From Octopus sinensis (taxonomy: Eukaryota): a stretch of 64,000 nt of DNA. The notes under the pieces were generated by a model. That model had not been told where the DNA came from. It saw nothing but the letters and a program-made list of their open reading frames with translations, and did not search any database. Both the position numbers and the translations under genes were made by a program. The DNA is taken from positions 99,510,001 through 99,574,000 of the forward strand of contig NC_042998.1 of assembly GCF_006345805.1 (NCBI RefSeq), given 5' to 3'. Below are positions 12,801-24,800 of the stretch, piece by piece. How positions within the stretch are numbered: position 1 is the first letter of the stretch; each line of letters begins with the position of its first letter.

Positions 12801-15800
12801 AGTTGGAAGAAACCTTTCAGAAAGTATGTAAACTTTTCGAATTTGGAATTTTACATAGATTATGGTCTAGGGTTGTGATATTAGTGATGGAATAAACCCT
12901 CTTGAATAATAATTATCTAGCAAATAAATGCTGTAGAGCAAAGCAAATATGTTTTGCATGTTGAATTTATCAGGTATTCATACCCAGGTGATTAAACCCC
13001 AAGTATTTTTCTCTATTTGATGACTGAGGAAATACGATATGAATATTGAATTTGAGCCTTTTTCCATATTCTCCTGTTATCTACCCTTCTGATAGTCATT
13101 ATTATAATCTTTATATTCATATAAATTGTAGACATTCTAAAAGTTATAAGGTATTTATTGAATTGGTACTTGAAGCTTGCTGGAAAAAAAATTGAGCATT
13201 AGCATGCTGTGTAGTTAAGAAGCTTGCTTCCTAACTTTGTGATCTCAGGTTCAGTCCCACTGTGTAGTACCTTGAGCAAGTATCTTCCACTAAGGCCCCA
13301 GGCAAAAACAAAGCCTTGCGAGTGGATTTGGGAGATGGAAACTGAAAGGAGCTCTTCACATGCATGTCAGTGTGCCTTCAGCCTGATAGCATGTAATGGC
13401 TGTAAATGAGCATCACTGTCATACAAGCAATGTTTTTCCAGTCTTCTGAGAAAAACATGGCTAGCAATGAAGAAAATATTACCTTACTTGGAAACAATGA
13501 GGGTTGGCAACAGGAAGGATATCCAGCCATAGAAAATCTGTCTCAACCAATTCTATCTGACCCATGCTAGCATGGAAAACTTGATGTAAAATGATGACTT
13601 TGCCAATATAGAACTTTAATTGATATCTGACCTATAGTTTTTCTTTCCTATAAATGGAAAACAAAAATCTTTTATTTTTATATTAAAACAAGAATGACAT
13701 TATTTAAAAAAATTTTCATTGCTTACAGGTAAACATAACTTGGCGAATAGACACTAAGTCTTTCCACCTCACTCTAGGAACATGTGGTCAAAATGCATCC
13801 ACTATCAACCCCCATGTTTTAGTAATCACCCAGCTTCAAGAGGAGCTTAATTGTGCTAATAGTACAGATGCAGTTGCTAATTTGGTTCAAGTAAGTGCTA
13901 TTATAACTATTTATTACACTTCTAAACTGAAAACAAATTTTTTCCCTAAATTTTTTTTTGCTAATGGTGAATAACTCTGAGTACCTTGGACCTTTTTGTA
14001 TTGTGTATGGTCAGTCACTTTATTTTTAGATGGGACTGAATAAAATCTCAATATGTAAATGATCAAGTGTAAATATTTTTCTTGTGTGGATTAGATTCTG
14101 GGTTGTCTTTCATTCTTGTAAAGTGGAAAGAATTTGTGGGTATTGCTTACTTTGGTATTATTTGGTTTTCTTCATAGGTAACTTATTCTTTTCTGCCAGG
14201 TCATTTTTCTCTTCTTTTTATATTTCAGTTACTGAATGATACATGGAGTCCTTTAACATCAATAAATAAATTAAGCACCTCTCCATTATTGGGTGGTTCA
14301 ACTGTAAGTGTCACAAATTCTTGGTATTTTATTTGTCTTTTGTTTATTATTCAGTGTTGTAAGAAACTATAGATCTACTTGAAATTATAACTATTGTTAT
14401 CCTCTATTTACAGCATCCAAAGCAATCTATGCTTAGCTTCACTATTATTCCACAGTCAACAACACATGTTAGAATTGCCTTTCGCAATGTGTATCCTTTT
14501 CTTTTGAATAATTTTTCTTTTACATTGATATCCCTATGCTTATATACCATCATATCCTGATTCATCATCATCATCTGTTTTCCATGCTGACATGGGTTGG
14601 AATGCTTGACAAGAACTGCAAAGGCCAGGGCTGTAGCAGGTTCCATAGTTTGTTCTGGCTTGGTATCTATGGCTGGATGTCCTTCCTAATGCCAACTACT
14701 TTACAGAGTGTATTGGGTGCTTTTTTTACATGGAACCATCATCAGTGCTTTTCAGCAGTTTGATGTTATCATTAAATCCTGGCACTCAGTGATAGACTGG
14801 TTTTAGCAAATCTTTACATTACATACTGCCAGACTAGTCCATATTTACGACTGGATTTCTTTATTAATGCTAATAGCTCAACCTTGGAGTAGTTCTCAGC
14901 AAAGTTACCTTGTTGTAGTGGAGGCACAATGCCTAGTGAAATTTGAACTTATGACTGATCTTTGTATCTATATTGATGCCACAAACCTGTGCTTGTGCCA
15001 CGTAAAATGCACTAAGTCCACTCTGCTGAGTGGTTGGTGTTAGGAAGGGCATCCAGCTGTAAAAATCCTGCAATAACAGTCACAGAAGTCTGGTGCAGTC
15101 TTCAACCTGGCCAGCTCTTGTGGTACCATCCCACCCAAGCTAGCATAGAAGACGGATATTAACTGATAATGATGATGATGAGTCTACTCTTTTGCAAGTG
15201 TCCATGCCAAGTTCCAGTTTCATGCTCCCTATGTGCCTTCCTCCTACCAGTCTTGGAGGCTCTGTAAAGAGTCTTGGGCATAGCCCACAGCCTTCCTGCT
15301 TGGAAGTAGATGCCACAGGTGTGACTGTGTGGTAAGATGTTTGCTTCCCAACTACATGGTTCCAAGCTCAACCCCACTGTGTGACACCTTGGGCAAGTGT
15401 CTTCTGCTATAACCACAGGCCAACCAAAGCCTTGTGAGTGGATTTGGTAGATGGAAAGTGAAAGAAGCCTCTTTGTATGTGTGTGTGTGTGTGAGTGTGT
15501 GCATGCACATGTATTTGTCCTCCACCACCACTTGATAACCAGTGCTGGTTTGTTTATGTCCCCTTAGCAGCAGTTTGGCAAAGTTAGGACAAATTGACCC
15601 CAGTAATTATTTTTTTAAGTACCAGGCTTAAGAAATAATTTCAGGAGTCAATTTGTTCGGCTAAACCCTTCAAGTCAGTGCCCCAGCATGGCTGCAGTCT
15701 GATAACAGGTAAGTTTACAGCATCCAAAGCAATCTATACATGAAAGGTGGCAGAATTAATATAGTAAAACGTTGCTACATTTTCTAAAATCTTTCTATGT

Positions 15801-18800
15801 TAACATCTGTGCTTGCATGGGTCAAACAAATGTATGTTGAAAGAAAATCATGGCATTAGAGGTGCTGATCTTAACATAGTGGACCTGACAAAGGACCATG
15901 ACAGGTGTAGAGATCTTCCTATTCCTCATGAGCATGGAAAAGTGAACATAAAACTAATGAAGTTTCTTCTACAAATACAGATTTTCATCATGAGTGTATA
16001 ATTCCTTCAGTCATGAATAATGTAATACAGACAATAAGTTTTTCTCATATTGATGTAAAGCTGTGGCTGTGTGGTTGAGAAATTCACTTCCCAACTCACT
16101 TGGTTCTGGGTTCAGTCCTACTGTCTGGTGCATTTGCTGGTTGTAAGCAACAGCCTTTGCTGATGGTATTGGATGATGTTTTGCTTGCTGTTCTCGGTGA
16201 AAGCATGTCCAGGCTTCTTGACATATTGCACAATCTTTGTAAATAAAGGAGTTATTCATATGGTGTTGTTTGGAGACCAGTGAAGGTTGAATTTAGGAAG
16301 AACATCTGTTTGCTCCAAGACTGCTCCAACATAGTCTTATCTGACTCATGCAACTGTGAAAAAGTAGATGTTAAAATGAAGCTGGTGATATTATGTGTAT
16401 CTGAAAAGAATTATAGGTATATTTGTATGTGTAGAGGTATGTCTGTTTGAATATAAGTCAAACACTCCTACACAGGTATAAACATGTGTGTGACATGTAT
16501 GACTATGTTAGTTGTTTATTTCCTTAACTTACAACAGAAGTTGTGTTGATGTACATTTCCGAAGTGGTAAAATGGTAGCCGTCAGAGATGGTGCTATCAG
16601 TTTGTTCGATACCAGCAAAGTGATTGATGGCTTCACACCTACGCCCGGTCTCAAAGTAAGTAAATATAGTAAGCTTTTTGTTACTAGTAGTCATGATATT
16701 CATGTTCACTTTGTATGTTTCATGCAATTCGTCTACAACTGTATTCATCATCATCATTATCATTCTTTAATGTCTGTTTTCTATGTGTCAATTAACACCT
16801 TACTATCTTAAGAAAAGAAGGTGAGGCACATTAGATAATGGTACACTATATATGAGAAAACAACAGTAAATCTCTGACTAAAACATGTGATCATAGGCCT
16901 GTACAATGCTAAATACCTCTTGCTATGAAAGCTGACAATGGCTAACTCAGCCTTGTATAGGTTTAATCTGTAGTAGTGTACTTTTCTTACAACTACTTGT
17001 TTTTTGCAGCTGTACATTCCATTTTGGATGTGAGATTAATGATATTAGTTAGTTATTGGTTCATTTTCTGAAACATTCTCATCGATAGGTTATTCCTCTT
17101 CCTAACTGTAACACTTATATATCATGGTCAGCAACTTGGTTGTGTAGAAAGTAAATATGGAGGCATGTCAGTGTTGTTAAGAAGTTTGCTTCATACACAC
17201 ATTGTTCCATGGTCTTGCTCCAGCTGTGTGCCACTAAGTTCTAACATAGCTTCAGTTTACTCAATGCCTTTGTTAGTAGCATTAAATAGACAGAGACTGT
17301 GCAGAAGCCTGTTTCGTTTGTATGTACACACACACACACTTGTACATATATTATATGTATCATTGTTTACATCTTTTACTGATACATATAATATACAAAC
17401 ATATAAAATGTATATATAAAGCAAATAAAGAAATGTGTATATAAAGGATTTAACCATTGGTAGAAAAAAAAATAACACCCTGGTCAGAAATGTGATGGAC
17501 CAGTGATTTACCTATTGGAAGCTTGGAAGCTGTGATGCTATTATTTATAAATTTTTTATGGCACATAAAATCACCCACTACACTCTCGGAGTGGTTGGCG
17601 TTAGGAAGGGCATCCAGCTGTAGAAACACTGCCAGATCTGACTGGCCTGGTGCAGCCTTCGGGCTTGCCAGACCCCGGTTGAACCGTCCAACCCATGCTA
17701 GCATGGAAAGCGGACGTTAAACGATGATGATGATGATGATGATGAAACTGAGAGTTGATGTGTTGCAGAAAATCAATTAGAGTTTCTTTGTATAATAAGT
17801 GTAATAATGTCATTGAAGTTACTATAGAGATATCAAAAGATATCTCTACCCCTGCCCCAACACACACACACACGTGGATGTAAGAGTGTGATGTGATTTT
17901 ATTTGTAAGAACAATATCTTCTTGAATATTGTGGAACAGCCTCAGCTTTTTAATATTATATAATCTTTATTTTTTATTAAATGTATTTGTTTTTTTTTTT
18001 ATATATTCTAGGCTTTCTTAAACATGTTTGTTGATGAAACGGTGACTGGGAGCCATCCTCGGCGGCGTTCCACCACTGAAGAAGACCATCCTCTGTCTCC
18101 TATTGGAATGGATTCAGTTGAAATCTTTCTCCCTCAGAACCCCTCAGTTGGTTCTCCAGCCTCCCGGCCTCGGCAAGATGGTAACTTACGCTTTCAAAAC
18201 CCCATGACCCCACCATCCAACCCTCACACTCCAGCTTCACCTAGTACATCACGAATATCATCTGTAAGTTTTCTTTTTTACTTTTCTTATGTTTTATCTT
18301 AAGCCTGCATAGCTCTGCTTTCTCAAAAACCATAATTTTTTCTATTCTTAAAATGAATTTTCTTTTTAGTTTCAAAATTTTGATTTCTGAACTATTTTCC
18401 ATCATCCCAATGGGAAAATATTGAAATTTGTCAAAAAGATTGAATGCAATCCTTTTTAGCTAAATATCTTGTTTAGTTTAAATAGATTAAGAAAATTATC
18501 TCCATTAGCTTATTTTAGAACTACTGACAGGAACTGAGGTATGATGTTTTATAGTGTTAGGTAATTTTCTTCTTTGTACTTATAACTTTTGTTTTTTTTA
18601 GTGTCATTGTGATGTAAGATAATATCAGAAGGTTATAATCTGCTTTTAGTAGTTTGTCATCAAACTGTGTATCACAAATGGAATATGAAAAGTTGGAGTT
18701 ATATCTTTTTTATTTATTGAACAGTATTTAAAGGTTCAGGTGATTTTTTTTTTTTTTTTTCATAGATCGTTTAATTAAGTAGTTGTGCTTAAGTAATATG

Positions 18801-21800
18801 TTTGAGAAATGGTTTAAATATTTTCAGTAGAGTGTGCATTCCTTACTAGTTTCTTGAAATTTTAAGGCTTTTGTTATTATGTTTTATTAGTCCAAAGATC
18901 TAACTGAGCTGGAATGAAAAGGATAATAAAATAAGTTAATCAGTTTTGCCTAGATAACAACAGTCACAGTGGGAAGGTTGAAAGGGTTGTAGTTTTGTGG
19001 GAGGAAGAACTTGATAATAGGTGGTGTTTGTGATCTGAATTATGATCATAAGTAATCGCATCATGATCATGTTATAAGAAAAGTGGAAGGGAGCATATTT
19101 CATGGTGTAGTAGTTGTAATTATGACAATGGTCACAGCAAAGGAGGGTGACAATTCAGCAAAGACAATGGCTGTAATTGGTTTGTGTTGAATAGTAGCTT
19201 ATAAGGCATGTAACTTTTTAAGAGATGCAGTCATGTATTTTGGTCACAGAAGCAGGTGAATGGGGAAGTGGGCCTGGACAATGGCAACTCTATAACTGTG
19301 TAGGAGTACAGAATATTAAACCCCGTTTCCTCAAAGTAATTTTGCATATGTTGTATTCTCACATAGAATCTTAGAAAACAATATAATTTCTATGTGCAAG
19401 CATTGATAGAATTTCAATTCATAAGCAGAGAAACTGGAGTGGAATTTTGTTTTCTAGTCATGTGTATTAAATGTATTTTGGTGGTGTTAGATATTACTGT
19501 TGTTTGGGTTCTTATTAAAGAGAATGTTAAGCTCATTAAGAACCATTAAGGAAAAGTGAAATAAGAGAGGAATAAAATATTGTGTCATTGATATATGTTG
19601 AATTTGACTGGAACTGATAGAAAGATGGAGATCTTTGGTTAAATTGTTGATTAGTAGTGATGAGAAATGAAATGTGTAAAGTAATTTAAGTTGCAATTTA
19701 GTGTGTGAGCAGAAGGTTTATATTTCATGTCAAGGGTTAAGGTTATCTTTAATAAATATGAGTTTTTTGCTTGCTATTTTTTGCCATTATTAGCATTTTA
19801 AATGTAGCCATTTCTTGTCTTTCTGCATATTTTTACTTACTGTCATAGTTGAGATGTTCATGTGATAATTTAGTTATTTGTATTAATTGTTGCAATATGG
19901 CTATTTAGTCAGTAGTAATGCTCTACCTGTCAAGTGAGAGTGATTGTAATTTTTAGGTTGGTTAAAGAAGATATGTAGATTATTGTTTTAATTGGTACTC
20001 TTGCATTCTGGTTATTCAGTTTTTCTATCCATTGATAGAAAAATGGGTATAATTTTAAATAGAAATATATTAATTTGTGCTTCACATTTCACATCATTAG
20101 AACTTCTAATAAGCAAAGTATTTTAATGCATTTGTTGCTTTTTAAAAGGAGTTATTTTTATTCATTATTTTCTTTTAAATGAGGTTAATAACTTGGATTG
20201 CTTTTCCTCTTTTTTCTCCCTTAGGGCTATGCCTCTTCTCCTGCAGCTGCCTTTTCTCTTTCATCTCCTCCATCCTTGACTCCACAAGTATCTCAAAGTC
20301 CCTCAGCAGCCCTAATCAGCACACCATCACCTAGTACATTATTAGGTCAAGGTGGTTCTCCTGGTAATCCACAGTTACATGTCCCTTCTCCAGGATCATT
20401 TGTACCAACTCCCTCTCCACAGTCACTTGGTATCCATCTATCATCACCTGCAGGTCCTTTCATTGCACATCAAGGTTAGTAATTTTAAAATTTATATTGC
20501 TATTGTTACAATATTTGTGGTCATTCTATTTGTAACCCTATCGTTACTATATTTCTGACTAAATGTACCCATTCTGTGTTTTAATTAAATTTCGAGATAC
20601 TCAAGAACTTGGACTGATTTTCTTGAAACAGTTGTAATTTATTTAATTTATTGACGTATGAATATGGTTTTTGGAATGCAACAAAAAGTTCTTAAATAAA
20701 TCAATTACCTAATTCTTTGGGTTCAAAACTCTAATTACAGGTAAATATAGGTAAAATTATTAAAATCTCTTTTATAAATATCACCATATAAAAATGCTTA
20801 TGTTCAACTGGGTATATAACAGAATTTTTATAGAGAAGAATTGTTCATATTGGATTTTCAGTTGAAAAAGATGCATGATAATGGTAAAACACACAAAATA
20901 TTGGAATTATGTTTGTAGAAAACCTACAAAATGAAGGATTAATGTGCATTTACATAAATCCAAGGACATTGCACAAAAAGGATTCACTAATATAATTAGC
21001 AAAATAATAAATAAAATTAAAGAATTGAGAATGAGGTAAATTTGATAATAAAGTATTTTATAAAATTAAATTCTACACAAATTAGATGTTTCTCTCATCA
21101 TTATCATCATTTAAAGTCCATGTTTTGTGCTGGCATGGATTGGATGGTTTGGCATTATCCAATGTGTTCAAGGACTGCATCAAGCTCCAGTGTCTGCTTT
21201 GGCATGGTTTTTATGTCTGGATGCCCTGCTAACCACTTTACATCGTTGATAGGTGCTTTTTTCATGCCACCTTGCACCATTGAGGTTGCCATGGTGACAT
21301 CCTGCACCTCCCCCAGGTAGATGGGGGATGTCAGTTTCATATTCGTGGTCAACAGGATTATGATTGATGGGGTTAGTAGTGGTGGAGGAGTAGATTCCTG
21401 CAGAGGGATCTGCATGGCTACTCACATCTTGTAGGTAAAAACAAGGGTGAGAGAAAGAAAAAAATGATTGGTAGGAGCTGCAAGACATAGATAATAGTGA
21501 TAAGGTACCTGGATGGCCCCATCCTACTTGGCATTATAGAATCTTGCAAAGTGCATGTCATTTTGGAAAGTCTTGTTATGTTGGTTGCATATTTCATTTC
21601 TTTCTACTGCTTTTTTTGAAAATTCTTCAAATTTGGAGTTACCTTTAGTAAATGTGAAACTGGTTTCAGATGTAAGGAATTATAGAAAAAATATTAATTA
21701 TGATTATCTAGTGAAGTCACACATGTTATCACTAACATAGCAATGATATTTGCATTGATATTCTCATTCAAATATCAGTAAGTTATTGCAAGGCACTTTC

Positions 21801-24800
21801 ATGTTATAAGCCACAAAAGGTTAGTAACAAAAATAGAAAAGCTTACATATTTTGTTAACAATCAAAAGGAAATCGATATTTATTGCACCCCCCCCCCCAA
21901 AAAAAAAATTAGTTTTCAATGGCACTGGTTATGCTAATTTTCTTTATTAGTGACATTTGTCTAAATCAAAAAGTTAAGAAGCAGTTCGGTTGTGCTTTTG
22001 ATAGCTTGGATCGTTTACTGTGAATAGTGACAACAATCTAATTGCAGTTTTGTTTTCAGTTTCTTGAACAGTTGTTATTGTTTTGTCCAGAGGGAGGTTT
22101 CATGTCATCTGTCTGACACTTCAGACAGTTTGTGATCTTGAAAGAAATAATTTTTCTTAATATTCATTTATTTAACAGAGCCTATTGTAATCTAGTACAG
22201 TTCATCAGGCAGTGCATTGATATCTAAGTAGACTATTACATTCCAAATATTTATTATATATGAGGTTTAGATATGTTGTTAATTAAAGGCATGTGGGTAT
22301 TATTACATTTAATAGGCAAATTCTATTTCATTTTTCAGTAGATAAATATGAACTAGCAATCATAAAATGTCTAAATTTATGGTTTGTCCCTTCTATAAAA
22401 AAAAATTGAAAATAGATTATGATACTCTTTTTTGTTCAATAAACTTAAAATATAAAAGAATCACATTGTACAGATGATTATAATTTTTTTTTTTTACATT
22501 TTCATGTGAAGAACAATGCATGAATTGTTGTTTACATATGGAATTTGTTAATCACATCAACATAAATGTAATTAACTTCAGATGTATCAGATTATTAATT
22601 TCATATAAGACTACTTAAAATTGTTTTTATTGCATAGTTGAAATACATTTATGTGTGCATACACACTTTTGTGCACACACACACATTTGTGTAGTGATAC
22701 AAATTAACTCATATGGTTATCATTGGTTTTGTGACCTTGTTTAATCTCACATGGCAGAAAATTATGAGAAATGTTTGGAAAGAAAATTTGCTTTTTCTTA
22801 ATGTGCAAGTCTGTAAACTCAGAATATTCTGCCATGGTTCTGCATAATGCTGCATCAGAAAGGCAGTCCTATAGTGCATGTCATCACATGAACCTTACAA
22901 ACCTGGTTTACATTCTTTCTTAAGGAAGTCAGGAACTTGCTCTTGTAAGGGAAAATCTTTTATAGGTTTCTCGTAATTCATATCTATTCTGCAATGGAAT
23001 CAAATAGATGGCCAGGCAGCGAAATTTTTATTTTCCCCACGAGAGTTCCAGATCCCAATTATGAACTCATTTGCAAACTGCCAATCAGAGCTCAACTATC
23101 AAACTAATTTATGAGTGCATAACAAGTGATGGGTGATAAGTTAGGTCACTTGGGTAAGGAATGACCATGCTTCTTTTCACTTTTAATAATGCTTGTTCTT
23201 GTTTCAACCATGGCTGCCTCTGCATAGTTGTGTTGGTGTTTACTTTGTAAAACAGTAAGGGAAAAGGGTTGCTAGTACATCACCCTCTACCCACATTTTT
23301 CCCATCCACATCTTTAATATGAGGCCCTAACAAAATCTGATAATAGGTATAGATGCAAATCTAATTACTTGTCTCCTAAAATCAGGCATAACTTGGCGAT
23401 TGGTTGACTAACAACACCGTTATTCGTCGAGTTTACTTGGTAGAGAGTTTGTAAACTCTCTACCAAGGTCAAGGTGAGCTCTAATTGGCTGTATGCAAAT
23501 GAGTTCATTACTGGGGTCTAGAACTCTCGTTGGAAAAAAAATTCCACGGCCGGGCATTTGACTAAGAAGTAAGGTGAATAACTCCTCGAAAGGTGATGTG
23601 GGTTATTTTCCCTGAAATGTCTTTAGCGCTTATACAAGAGGAAAGTCTAAGATGCAGCTATATCAGATGTCTGTGTTATGTTCTAGTTAGGTGAAAAACT
23701 CTAATCTCTGCACACACTCACACATGTGTGAATGTATGTAATACATGTATGCATTCATGCATCTCATGACCGTTTTTGTGTTTTCCATGCTGTTGCCAAA
23801 TTTTTTAGTTTCCCATTATGACATTCAGGGAAATAGTTTGTGTGTTTCTTTGAATATTTAGAGGTTCATTGAATTTGGGGATTACAAACAATGAAAGATT
23901 ATATAAATATGGATTTTCTTTTCATTTTGTACATACCATCAAAATCTTCAGATGTGATTGATAGAATAATTCAATAATTACACAATATATGGTTTGTGAA
24001 TACAAATTTATGCTTGGATGGAATTCAACAAAGAATTTCAGAGAATTTAATTTAGAAGATCAATCAAAGCAAATTTCATGTAAATTTATTAGGACATGTA
24101 CACACATATTTCCATGCTCTACATTGCCAATTAGATAATTTGTATTGTAAAAAGTGTACATAGTTTCTTGGTTGTGAAAGCAAATGTGTGCAAGTGGATA
24201 AATGGCTAACAGCAAAGGAAAATGAGATAGTATACATGTATTTAAGCTAGTGGAAATTATTCTGTTAAAGCTGGACCAAAGACTAACTACTAGTTAAATG
24301 AGAGGGAGTGAACTGAAATAGCATAGTCATGGCAGCTGCTGATGAAGGCTAAGAGAGAATGTGATGGTTATTTATGAAAATTTATAGAAACTGAAACTTT
24401 TAATGATCAATGAATTTTAAAATATATTACTTATTGGCAATTAAAGAACTGGCCATTTTTGTTGCTTTTCATTTTCTTCCTCCAGTCGTTAATAATATTT
24501 TCACATTTTTTAGGAATGGTAGATGGTGGCTCTCCTTTTACTATGCCGTCACCTGGTACACGGAACTGGCCTGGCTCTCCATCAGTTCAGGGACCTTCAC
24601 CTGTATCACGGCATGGCACAGCAACCTCTCCTGGCCATCCAGCATTACATTCACCTCAAACTCAAGTTAAAGATTCAGAACATTCAAAATCTTCAGGTAC
24701 GTCTTGAATATTTCTTTAAAATATTGAAGGTTATATTATTATTTTATTTTATGTTTAAATCTTTGCTCTCTGACGTTTTCTGATAGTAGTAGAATGATTT

